64,000 bases of DNA from the IMG/VR virus record IMGVR_UViG_3300002834_000024, positions 210,787 through 274,786 of that record. One strand, given 5' to 3'. The translations under genes and the position numbers were made by a program. This DNA is from a virus. Lineage: Duplodnaviria > Heunggongvirae > Uroviricota > Caudoviricetes. The notes below the pieces were generated by a model that worked only from the letters and a program-made list of their open reading frames with translations, was not told where the DNA came from and made no database searches. Of this stretch, positions 7,820-16,069 are shown one piece after another (positions within the stretch are counted from its first letter, which is position 1; each line of letters starts with the position of its first letter).

Positions 7820-7876
7820 AATCCCCTTGAAACAAATTAGTCAAAAAGTGATGAAAAGTTTTAAGGGGATTTTTTT
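7820..7876 (+). terminator. Intrinsic terminator of attenuator 2
   Basis: 14-bp stem AATCCCCTTGAAAC/GTTTTAAGGGGATT followed by a T-run, ending 2-3 nt before tRNA-Met. Confidence 0.82.
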
Positions 7877-7878
7877 AT

Positions 7879-7950
7879 TGTGTTATAGTTCAGTGGTAGA
7901 ACAGGTGTTTCATAGGCATCAAGTCGGGGGTTCAAATCCCTCTAACGCAA
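7879..7950 (+). tRNA. tRNA-Met(CAT), elongator type
   Basis: Cloverleaf, loop TTCATAG. Confidence 0.85.
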
Positions 7951-7960
7951 CAAATATATT

Positions 7961-8045
7961 GGAGAGTAAACCTGGACATGGGTTAGGGACCGCCTGCTAA
8001 GCGGATCGTTCCGCAAGGAATTTGGATCGAGACCAATGCTCTCCG
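7961..8045 (+). tRNA. tRNA-Ser(GCT)
   Basis: Long variable arm, loop CTGCTAA, G73. Confidence 0.85.
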
Positions 8046-8054
8046 CAAAATTTT

Positions 8055-8146
8055 GGAGGTGTAACCCTAATGTGTAAGGGACTGGTCTTGAAAACCAGCA
8101 GTAATCATGTAAAAGTGATGTGTCAGTTCGAGTCTGACCACCTCCG
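8055..8146 (+). tRNA. tRNA-Ser(TGA)
   Basis: Long variable arm, loop CTTGAAA. Confidence 0.9.
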
Positions 8147-8186
8147 CCTTAATAATGAGGTCTTTGACATGTTGGTAAAAATAAAT

Positions 8187-8274
8187 GAGAGTGCGCTAGC
8201 GTTGGAGAGCTGGGATGGGCTGTAACCCCATTGCCTTTAACAGGGCTTAGTAGGTTCGATTCCTACCACTCTCA
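8187..8274 (+). tRNA. tRNA-Tyr(GTA)
   Basis: Loop CTGTAAC, long variable arm. Confidence 0.9.
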
Positions 8275-8279
8275 CATAT

Positions 8280-8354
8280 GGGAATATCGTATAGGTGGTT
8301 ATTGTACGCTGGACTGAAAATCCAGAGGCTGGGGTTCAACTCCCTGTGTTCCCA
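8280..8354 (+). tRNA. tRNA-Phe(GAA)
   Basis: Loop CTGAAAA. Confidence 0.9.
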
Positions 8355-8364
8355 CAATAAGTGA

Positions 8365-8448
8365 GGGGATGTGGCGAAATTGGTAGTACGCATCGGGTTT
8401 AAGCCCCGATTCCCAAAAGGAGTGTCGGTTCGAGTCCGACCATCCTCA
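8365..8448 (+). tRNA. tRNA-Leu(TAA)
   Basis: Loop TTTAAGC, variable arm. Confidence 0.9.
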
Positions 8449-8456
8449 CAACAAAT

Positions 8457-8541
8457 GGGGATATGGGGGAATTGGCAGACCCGCCTGTTTTAGGAACAGG
8501 TGCAGTAATGCGTGTGAGTTCGAGTCTCACTATCCCTACCA
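8457..8541 (+). tRNA. tRNA-Leu(TAG)
   Basis: Loop TTTAGGA, encoded CCA. Confidence 0.92.
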
Positions 8542-8544
8542 AAT

Positions 8545-8615
8545 GTTCCATTAGCATAATGGTAGTGTACTGGTCTGCAAAACCAGGTGTATCCGTTCAA
8601 TTCGGATATGGAACT
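8545..8615 (+). tRNA. tRNA-Cys(GCA)
   Basis: Loop CTGCAAA, U73. Confidence 0.88.
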
Positions 8616-8629
8616 CAAAAAATATTAAA

Positions 8630-8702
8630 GGGGCTGTCATATAGTTGGCTATTATGATAGATTTGCAATCTATTCACTGGGGTTCGAGACCCCACAGCTC
8701 CA
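8630..8702 (+). tRNA. tRNA-Ala(TGC)
   Basis: G3:U70, loop TTTGCAA. Confidence 0.9.
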
Positions 8703-8708
8703 CAAAAA

Positions 8709-8782
8709 GTTTCTGTATTTCAGTGGTTTAGAATGTTACTCTTACAAGGTAAAGGTCGTTGGTTCAAATCCAACCAGAAACA
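8709..8782 (+). tRNA. tRNA-Val(TAC)
   Basis: Loop CTTACAA. Confidence 0.88.
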
Positions 8783-8792
8783 CTCATAACAT

Positions 8793-8865
8793 TGGCACGT
8801 ATATCAATGGTCAGATTACCACCCTGATAAGGTGGGGGTTACTGGTTCAAGTCCAGTCGTGCCAA
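8793..8865 (+). tRNA. tRNA-Ile(GAT)
   Basis: Loop CTGATAA. Confidence 0.9.
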
Positions 8866-8880
8866 CTAAATTTTTTATAT

Positions 8881-8951
8881 AGGTACATGGTGTAATGGTA
8901 GCATTTTGGTCTCCAAAACCAACGATCAGGGTTCAAATCCTTGTGTACCTG
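8881..8951 (+). tRNA. tRNA-Trp(CCA)
   Basis: Loop CTCCAAA, G73. Confidence 0.92.
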
Positions 8952-8957
8952 CTACAT

Positions 8958-9031
8958 GGTATCGCTGGTGTAATGGTTAGCATGGCACATTGTGAGTGTG
9001 TAGGTTAGGGGTTCAAGTCCCCTGCGATACC
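8958..9031 (+). tRNA. tRNA-His(GTG)
   Basis: G-1:C73, loop TTGTGAG. Confidence 0.88.
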
Positions 9032-9087
9032 CAAATATTTGGAAAACAATTTTAAAAACAGTATTTTTGTATTAAAATTTTAAAAAT

Positions 9088-9594
9088 ATGAATAAAAAAA
9101 TGATTTTATTGTCAATATTAATGACAAGTCTGTTTTATGGTTGTGGAAGTATGGGTAGTGTTGCTGTTAAAAATGTAAATTCATGTACATATAAAATTGT
9201 TAATACAACTTTTATTTATGATTTGTTTGATAGTGATGAAGAATATGAAAATAAATTTAGGTTAATTAAATTAGCAATTTATGATATATTTCCTAATATG
9301 GATGGTAACACATTTTTATTTGATGATGAATTAAAAGTTATTCAAGGAAAAATGATTTATAATGTACATACAGATTCTTTTTTTGGAACAAAATATGAAG
9401 GGAGAAGTAATTTCAAAATTATTAATAATAAGATAACATTTAGTAATCCCGAAATATTTTTTTTACCATCTCGTTATAGTAGTGGTGGGTGGGAGAAAAT
9501 ACCAAATGAGGGAACTATATCTGAAAAAACCGCATGTAATACAATAGATGTGTGGGAAAAAATGGTAATAAAACTTTTAGAAAACATAAAATGA
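9088..9594 (+). CDS. Putative lipoprotein located within tRNA array 2
   Basis: Signal peptide with LFYGC lipobox-like site; TAttTTTG at 9062. Confidence 0.6.
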   Translation: MNKKMILLSILMTSLFYGCGSMGSVAVKNVNSCTYKIVNTTFIYDLFDSDEEYENKFRLIKLAIYDIFPNMDGNTFLFDDELKVIQGKMIYNVHTDSFFGTKYEGRSNFKIINNKITFSNPEIFFLPSRYSSGGWEKIPNEGTISEKTACNTIDVWEKMVIKLLENIK

Positions 9595-9599
9595 TTAAT

Positions 9600-9671
9600 G
9601 CTTCTGTAGTTCAATGGCTAGAACATCTGCTTTGTAACCAGAAAATATCAGTTCGATTCTGATCAGAAGCT
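9600..9671 (+). tRNA. tRNA-Thr(TGT)
   Basis: Loop TTTGTAA; C31:C39 mismatch. Confidence 0.85.
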
Positions 9672-9871
9672 CTCAATTTTTACCAACAAAATGTCAAAAG
9701 AATTATATAATTGGTTAGAATTTCGTTTCAGACATGATAATTTAAAAAAATATCATAAATATTTTCAACAATGGGTTGATAATATAACTGAAAATCAAGT
9801 TCAAGGTTTTTATAATCAATTTACCAGTTTCATAGGTCAAGATATAATTTGGAAACCATAATTTACCAACA

Positions 9872-10195
9872 ATGAAAAATTTCAATAAACTTAGAGAGGA
9901 AGAAAAATATATTTATGAATCCATTATGGCAGCCAGAAAGGTTCAATCTTTTTTATGGGGCGAATTTGAAGAAACAAGTGCTGACATAGAAGAATTTTGT
10001 CGAATGTTTCGGAAAAGAGTTTCAAAAATTGATGAAATAGATTTTAATAATCCACATTATAAAATTGAATTAAAAAAGAGGGTACTTCAAATTTGTGCTA
10101 TTGGTATTAATTTTATCAATAAATTGGAAAATAATGACTTTCCTGAAAAACCACTATTACCATCTAATCTTTCAAACTATTCATTATCCAATTAA
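9872..10195 (+). CDS. Hypothetical protein (possibly MazG-like helical)
   Basis: ELKKRVLQICAIGI C-terminal helix. Confidence 0.4.
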   Translation: MKNFNKLREEEKYIYESIMAARKVQSFLWGEFEETSADIEEFCRMFRKRVSKIDEIDFNNPHYKIELKKRVLQICAIGINFINKLENNDFPEKPLLPSNLSNYSLSN

Positions 10196-10246
10196 TTTTG
10201 TTAATTAATTTTATTTTAAATATTTTTATATAAAATATTAATTTTT

Positions 10247-10714
10247 TTGGAAAAACAGCTTGATTATATATCAATATTTAAAGTACATAGTGTTGAACCC
10301 ATTAAACCTTCAAACTGTGATGGTACTATTCGTTACATTACATTGTGTATTACTTGTGATACCAAACCCAATGATACATCCTTTGATTCATTAAGAGTTC
10401 TTACAACCTCTAAAATTCCAGATGCTTATCATGAAGGATTTACTACATTTGAGGAATATGAGGAAATACCTTTTAGAGTGATTACTACACTAATTCAATG
10501 TAATAAGATTGATGACATATTTTATTTGGAACTTGATATGTCAAAACCATCTTGCGATATGGGTATTACAATTGATGGTTACATTGGTATTGATCCAAGA
10601 ATTGATATTGATGTAAGTAACTTTTTAATAACTTCTAACCAAGATGTGTTTAATTCAAATACAATTACTTTTAATGAGGATTTTTTTAATAATATAAAAA
10701 ACATAAAATTTTAA
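10247..10714 (+). CDS. Hypothetical protein
   Basis: TTG-start ORF ending FNNIKNIKF. Confidence 0.5.
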   Translation: MEKQLDYISIFKVHSVEPIKPSNCDGTIRYITLCITCDTKPNDTSFDSLRVLTTSKIPDAYHEGFTTFEEYEEIPFRVITTLIQCNKIDDIFYLELDMSKPSCDMGITIDGYIGIDPRIDIDVSNFLITSNQDVFNSNTITFNEDFFNNIKNIKF

Positions 10715-11112
10715 TGGAAGAACTATCAAATAATAAGATGGAAAAAGTAATGACTGAAACATGGGAAAAGTTTTTTCGTTGTATTTTTCAATCAAAGAAA
10801 AAAAGTTATGATAATTATTCAGTTTATCAATCTTTATTAAAATTTTATTTTAAAGAATGTGTAGTTAAAAATTATAGTTTAGATTTTTATTTAAGTAACT
10901 TTCGGAAAATTAAATTCATATATAAAACTTATGATGATATTTTTGATTTCATTGTTGCTGGTACATTGAATGATAGATTGGATTTTACTTTTTTCAAAAA
11001 AATTGGTAATATTGTAAAAGAAAATATTGAAATAGAGATGCAAAATAATAAAATAGAAATTTCAAAATTTGATGAAAATTACTTTAATAATATAAAAAAC
11101 ATAAAATTTTAA
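10685..11112. repeat. 30-bp direct repeat TTTAATAATATAAAAAACATAAAATTTTAA at 10685-10714 and 11083-11112
   Basis: Identical copies bracket ORF 10714..11112. Confidence 0.85.
10714..11112 (+). CDS. Hypothetical protein
   Basis: ORF also ending FNNIKNIKF. Confidence 0.55.
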   Translation: MEELSNNKMEKVMTETWEKFFRCIFQSKKKSYDNYSVYQSLLKFYFKECVVKNYSLDFYLSNFRKIKFIYKTYDDIFDFIVAGTLNDRLDFTFFKKIGNIVKENIEIEMQNNKIEISKFDENYFNNIKNIKF

Positions 11113-11116
11113 AAAG

Positions 11117-11509
11117 ATGAAAGACAATAACAAAGAAGCCAAAAAATTTGACTTAACAATTAGAAAATTAAAGGGAATTTTAAATTCCGAAACCATTAGT
11201 TTACCCACAAAAGTTCAGGCAACCGAATTATCAACATTGATTCAAGACTTATTCAAGGAGGAAAATGAAAATAATATAAAGTTATTGAAAGAACAATTGA
11301 GGGAACTTTTGAAGAAACATGTTCAATTAGAAAAGAGTGTTAAAGAAAAGGAAAAAGAATTAATTAAATTGAAAAAGGAAAAACAGGCTGAATTTGTTAA
11401 AGCATGTGATGACTTGTTTAATAAAATATCCGATATTGATACTCTTACTTCTCAATACGAAGATTCACTCAAAAGCGCAATTGTAGAAGAAGTTGATGAA
11501 GGATATTAA
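11117..11509 (+). CDS. Coiled-coil hypothetical protein
   Basis: Heptad K/E/L-rich. Confidence 0.55.
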   Translation: MKDNNKEAKKFDLTIRKLKGILNSETISLPTKVQATELSTLIQDLFKEENENNIKLLKEQLRELLKKHVQLEKSVKEKEKELIKLKKEKQAEFVKACDDLFNKISDIDTLTSQYEDSLKSAIVEEVDEGY

Positions 11510-11532
11510 AATCAAATTATCTAAAAAGTATT

Positions 11533-11574
11533 AAAAGGTTGTGAATAGTCATTTTTATTTCACAACCTTTTTTT
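11533..11574 (+). terminator. Intrinsic terminator
   Basis: AAAAGGTTGTGAA/TTCACAACCTTTT plus T-run. Confidence 0.8.
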
Positions 11575-11618
11575 AACATCCAGTAAATATCTACCATATA
11601 ATTTTTATTGTATTTTTG
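11573..11618 (+). promoter_or_regulatory. TTAACATCCAG box plus TAttTTTG promoter
   Basis: Box 11573-11583; -7 element at 11611. Confidence 0.75.
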
Positions 11619-11645
11619 TAATACATTAAAAAAATACAATAAAAA

Positions 11646-11852
11646 ATGACTAATTTTTCAAGTACAACAACAATGTTATTGTTAAATACTGCTGCTGCAT
11701 CAGCATCTAATAATTCTTTGATAAGAACATCCAAAAATTCTAATCAAGATGATGATAACAAGATCACATTAACCAAAGCGATTATTATGATAGTATTAAT
11801 TATTACTCTTTTTTCTTTATTTTTATGGATATTTTTAGAATTTATTATATAA
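11646..11852 (+). CDS. Small membrane protein
   Basis: C-terminal hydrophobic helix. Confidence 0.5.
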   Translation: MTNFSSTTTMLLLNTAAASASNNSLIRTSKNSNQDDDNKITLTKAIIMIVLIITLFSLFLWIFLEFII

Positions 11853-11853
11853 T

Positions 11854-12282
11854 ATGGAATACATTGACAAAAGAATATTACAAAAAATAGCATATGTTCA
11901 AAATGAATTGGACAAATATGTTTATTTACGAAAAGATGATAAGGGATACTACATTGAGTATGCTTTTGCGGATATAGAAGAAAAATATCCTCATGATAAT
12001 CGTTGTTTATCATGGTATGTAAAAAGGGATAATGATCCAACATTTGTATCAATGGAAGTTGATAAAATATATAGATTATCATCTTTTTCATGCTCACCAG
12101 ATAGTGGTTGTTCACCAGGTAATCCAAAATTGAATTGTGCATATTTGGCTGGCAATACAGAAAAATGGTCTTATGATGACCCAAAGAAATGTGCTTGTTG
12201 GCATTTAGAAACTCTTAATTTAGAAAAACATTCTTTTAGGTTAACATTTGAACAAGTAAAACGTTTATTTAACTTAATTTAA
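11854..12282 (+). CDS. Hypothetical Cys-rich protein
   Basis: 142-aa ORF in operon. Confidence 0.5.
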   Translation: MEYIDKRILQKIAYVQNELDKYVYLRKDDKGYYIEYAFADIEEKYPHDNRCLSWYVKRDNDPTFVSMEVDKIYRLSSFSCSPDSGCSPGNPKLNCAYLAGNTEKWSYDDPKKCACWHLETLNLEKHSFRLTFEQVKRLFNLI

Positions 12283-12462
12283 AAAAATCAGTAATTTTAT
12301 GGAAAATAAAAAAGTAAAAATACAACGATTGGATGGACGTTACTATGAAGGTAGAAGTGCATGTGGTTTACAGATGTGGGGATACACAGGTAAAGAGTTC
12401 GATGAATCGGAACCATTTTTAAAAACATTAAGTGAAAATAAAGAATATAAAATTATAAAGTT

Positions 12463-13041
12463 ATGAGAAAAATTAGGTCTAATATTTTTGAAACAAACAG
12501 TTCTTCATCACATAGTTTTAGTATAAATACTGAAACTTTTGAATATGAAGGTAAATGGTTGTTAGAAGCCATTGAAAATGGAACTCTTATTTTGAGGGGC
12601 GGCGAGTATAGTTGGGGATATGAATTACTAGCTGAAAGTGTGGAAAAAGCAAATTATTGTGCTGTTGCATTTGAATATAACTGGCTTGAATATGATTACA
12701 AAAAAATGTTTAGATCATATGAGACTGGCGATGTACGTGAAGTTGTTAAAAATATTTTTGAAGATGTTTTAAAAAGAGAACTGGGATGTACAGATATTAA
12801 ATATGATTTCAGAATAGATAGATGGACCGATAATGATTTGAATAATGAAGATGATGATATTAATTGGGCATACATTGACCATCAATCATGTGATGTTTTG
12901 TATCGAGGATTAAGAGATGCTGGGTGCATTACCAAATACAAAGATAATTTTAAGGTTAATAAAGAAAAGACAGATAAATTTTTTGTTGATCTTATTTTTA
13001 ACAAAAATTCAACAATTGAAGTATATAACGATAATGTTTAA
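12463..13041 (+). CDS. Phage 'FETNSSSSHS' family protein
   Basis: N-terminal IRSNIFETNSSSSHS, YIDHQS, C-terminal NDN. Confidence 0.65.
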   Translation: MRKIRSNIFETNSSSSHSFSINTETFEYEGKWLLEAIENGTLILRGGEYSWGYELLAESVEKANYCAVAFEYNWLEYDYKKMFRSYETGDVREVVKNIFEDVLKRELGCTDIKYDFRIDRWTDNDLNNEDDDINWAYIDHQSCDVLYRGLRDAGCITKYKDNFKVNKEKTDKFFVDLIFNKNSTIEVYNDNV

Positions 13042-13055
13042 TAATTTATAAAGAA

Positions 13056-13217
13056 ATGGCAAAGAAAAAAGGATGCGGTTGTTTCATAGGCGGATTTGGC
13101 GTTGGTTCAGTCCTTGCTATGATATTAAGTTTTATGAAGTGGAACTCAATACTGTGGACATTGTTTCATGGTTGTCTTGGATGGATTTATGTTATTTATT
13201 ATGTAATCTTTTTATAA
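13056..13217 (+). CDS. Small membrane protein (53 aa, not in ORF track)
   Basis: MAKKKGCGCFIGGFGVGSVLAMILSFMKWNSILWTLFHGCLGWIYVIYYVIFL. Confidence 0.6.
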   Translation: MAKKKGCGCFIGGFGVGSVLAMILSFMKWNSILWTLFHGCLGWIYVIYYVIFL

Positions 13218-13233
13218 AAAAATTTTAAAAACT

Positions 13234-13593
13234 ATGGACATTAAGGATTTTTGGAAAGGATGTAAAAGAATATTTGCTGCTGCAATAGTTCTTTTAGTTA
13301 TTTATGGTGTTGGTTATGTCGTTTTTCTTGACTATACCAACAAGGAAGTTGTCGAGGTTATTGTTAAAGACAAGACTGTTAAACCAAAAGGTGAGGGTAA
13401 TAGCATTTATTTGGTATTTACTGATAAGGAGGTATATAAGATAGATGATCAATGGTTTTTTGGTAAATTCAATTCTTCCGACATTTATTCTACTATCGAG
13501 ATTGGACATAAATATCAAATAGTTTCACATGGCTATCGTATTCCAATTTTATCATGTTATAAAAATATTAGAAGTGTTTATAAATTAGATTGA
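13234..13593 (+). CDS. Membrane-anchored OB-fold-like phage protein (DUF1523-like)
   Basis: TM helix, YLVFTD, FNSSDIY, GYRIPILS.YKNI. Confidence 0.6.
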   Translation: MDIKDFWKGCKRIFAAAIVLLVIYGVGYVVFLDYTNKEVVEVIVKDKTVKPKGEGNSIYLVFTDKEVYKIDDQWFFGKFNSSDIYSTIEIGHKYQIVSHGYRIPILSCYKNIRSVYKLD

Positions 13594-13594
13594 T

Positions 13595-13798
13595 ATGATA
13601 AATATTATCAAACAGGGTTATCAACCCCCCATAACCATTAAGTTTGAATGTAATAAATGTGGTTGTGAATGGGAAACTGATGAATTTCGTAATTGTGGTT
13701 CTTCTGTTTATGGTACAAAAGAAGATTATTATACTAAATATAAATATGAACACAATTGCCCAAATTGTGGTGAATCATCAACAAGATATTTGGGATGA
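13595..13798 (+). CDS. Zinc-ribbon protein
   Basis: CNKCGC...CPNCG. Confidence 0.6.
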   Translation: MINIIKQGYQPPITIKFECNKCGCEWETDEFRNCGSSVYGTKEDYYTKYKYEHNCPNCGESSTRYLG

Positions 13799-14640
13799 AT
13801 TTTGATAAATGGAAATTTATTAATACCCGAAAGGATGTTATTGAGTTACGTGAATTGATTACCAATTCATTCAAAGACCTTGTTTTTATTGAAGATAGTC
13901 ACCAATATTTTTTAAATGGAAAAGAATTAACAAGTGTTTCAAAGATTGTTGAGTCATTTGTTCCAAAGTTTGATGCGGATGGAATGGCTCAACAATGTTT
14001 TGAAAAATATTATGATAACCCAGATAGTAAATACTATCAAATGACAAAACAACAGATTTTGTCCGAATGGGTTAAGATTAATAAAGATGCTTGTGATAAA
14101 GGTCATCATAAACATGATTATGGCGAAAACTTATTCTATCTCCATACACATCAATTCGATAAAATAAAATTACAATATCTATACGATCATTATAAACAGT
14201 ACTATTTTGAACCACATCCAAATGATTTTATGAATCATAATGTGTGGAAGTTTTGGTTGGATTTACCAGTTGAATATATTCCAATTTTATGTGAAACAAG
14301 GGTATATGATGAAAGTAAAGGATATAGTGGTACATTCGATATATTGTTTGCTTGGGATAATGGTAGAACACCATTAAAGGATAACTTAATTATAGGAGAT
14401 TATAAAACAAATCGTGATTTATTCAAGAATGTTAATAATCAAATCATGTTATCCCCATTTGATAATATGTTAGATATGCCATATTCACATTATCAACTTC
14501 AATTATCACTCTACCAAATTCCATTAGAAAATATTGGTTGTCGAGTAATTGATAGAAGATTAATTTATTTAAACAATCCAGTCAAGTATGAGATGTACAG
14601 GTTGGATAATCATACAGAACAATTAAGAAATATTTTATGA
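13795..14640 (+). CDS. PD-(D/E)XK exonuclease
   Basis: E..V...YSGTFD...IGDYKT...YQLQLSLY. Confidence 0.8.
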   Translation: MNFDKWKFINTRKDVIELRELITNSFKDLVFIEDSHQYFLNGKELTSVSKIVESFVPKFDADGMAQQCFEKYYDNPDSKYYQMTKQQILSEWVKINKDACDKGHHKHDYGENLFYLHTHQFDKIKLQYLYDHYKQYYFEPHPNDFMNHNVWKFWLDLPVEYIPILCETRVYDESKGYSGTFDILFAWDNGRTPLKDNLIIGDYKTNRDLFKNVNNQIMLSPFDNMLDMPYSHYQLQLSLYQIPLENIGCRVIDRRLIYLNNPVKYEMYRLDNHTEQLRNIL

Positions 14641-15146
14641 AAAAAGATGTCTTTATTTTTTCAAAACGTGAGTTTGAAGATACAATGAAAAGATTTGAAA
14701 TTTATGATTCAAATGTTGAAAAATACGAAAATATTGCATTTATTTCAATTCTTTGTCCAACAGATTATGACACAAATGAACTGTTTTTGGATGTGTTCAG
14801 TGACAATGAACACTGGTTCAAAAATGAACACCAAAACGTTTTAAACATTGATTTTTGGGATATTGAAAAGGAAATTGAATATGGTAATGGAAAGGTTTTA
14901 AAACCATTTACTCCAGAACAAGCTGATGAAATATTAAACTTCATTGATAAAAATCAAGGTAAAGAATTTCTTATTCATTGTCATGCAGGAATTTCAAGAT
15001 CATCTGCTGTGGCATATTTCATCAGGGATTATTACGAATGGGTAAATAAAGAATTGTTTGATAGACGTTATAAGGGAAATAAATACCCAAATCAGTGTGT
15101 ATTTACATTACTTAAAAAAGCATTTGAAAAGAAATATTATGTATAA
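14637..15146 (+). CDS. Protein-tyrosine/dual-specificity phosphatase family
   Basis: HCHAGISRS (CX5R). Confidence 0.85.
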   Translation: MKKDVFIFSKREFEDTMKRFEIYDSNVEKYENIAFISILCPTDYDTNELFLDVFSDNEHWFKNEHQNVLNIDFWDIEKEIEYGNGKVLKPFTPEQADEILNFIDKNQGKEFLIHCHAGISRSSAVAYFIRDYYEWVNKELFDRRYKGNKYPNQCVFTLLKKAFEKKYYV

Positions 15147-16068
15147 ATCAAAAAACACTAATATTACTCTAAATAAAGCAAAAGATGTTAAAAAAGATGA
15201 GTTTCACACCCAATTATCAGATATTGAATGTGAATTAAAACATTATAAAGATCACTTTAAAGGTAAAGTGGTTTATTGTAATTGTGATGATCCACGATAT
15301 AGTAATTTTCCCAAATATTTTTTAGATAATTTTGCCGAATTAGAACTTGAAAGATTAATAGCAACTTGTAAAAATGATGAATGTAGTTTTTATCTTGACA
15401 GTTATAGTTCTGATACGGAAAAGTATAAAATAGAAAAATTATTAGATAATGGAGATTTTCGTAGCCAAGAGTGTATAAGATTTTTGAAACAATCTGATAT
15501 AGTAGTTACAAACCCGCCATTCTCTCTTTTTAGAGAACATTTTGACCAAATTATGGAATACAATAAAAAGTTTTTGGTAATTGGGCATCAAAATGCAATT
15601 ATTTATAAAAATATTTTTCCATATATTAGAGATAATCAGGTTTGGTTGGGTTATGGTTTTAAGGGAGATGCAACACATTTTATAAACAGGGCTGGATATG
15701 ATGATTATGCTGTATCAACCAGTCGTAAAGATGGTATGATTAGAGTGTCTGGTGTTGTATGGTTTACAAATCTTGAAATTGACAAGAATAGAGAATTAAT
15801 CCTCCATAAGAAATACAACCCAGAAGAATATCAAAAATATGAAAACTATAATGCTATTGAAGTTAGTAAGACATCTAATATCCCAATGGATTATGATGGT
15901 ATTATGGGGGTTCCTGTTTCATTTATGAATAAGTATAATCCTAATCAATTTAAAATTATTGGTTCAAACAGAGGGGTTGATCAAGATCCAAATGGTGTGT
16001 ATGGTAGAGGTTCATACATTGATGGAAAAGAAGTTTTTAAGAGAATTTTTATATGTTTAAAAAAATAA
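15139..16068 (+). CDS. Adenine-specific DNA methyltransferase, EcoRI family
   Basis: DEF.T, VYCNCDDP, GDFRS.EC, VTNPPFS, MGVP. Confidence 0.88.
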   Translation: MYKSKNTNITLNKAKDVKKDEFHTQLSDIECELKHYKDHFKGKVVYCNCDDPRYSNFPKYFLDNFAELELERLIATCKNDECSFYLDSYSSDTEKYKIEKLLDNGDFRSQECIRFLKQSDIVVTNPPFSLFREHFDQIMEYNKKFLVIGHQNAIIYKNIFPYIRDNQVWLGYGFKGDATHFINRAGYDDYAVSTSRKDGMIRVSGVVWFTNLEIDKNRELILHKKYNPEEYQKYENYNAIEVSKTSNIPMDYDGIMGVPVSFMNKYNPNQFKIIGSNRGVDQDPNGVYGRGSYIDGKEVFKRIFICLKK

Positions 16069-16069
16069 T

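Noticed and set aside
7728-8657. ORF-track ORFs 7728..8000, 8022..8225, 8463..8657
   Set aside because: They cross the terminator and tRNAs; the credible ORF is the different-frame leader 7678-7788
13795-14640. Calling the PD-(D/E)XK nuclease Cas4
   Set aside because: Lacks the Cas4 Fe-S cysteine cluster and has no CRISPR context
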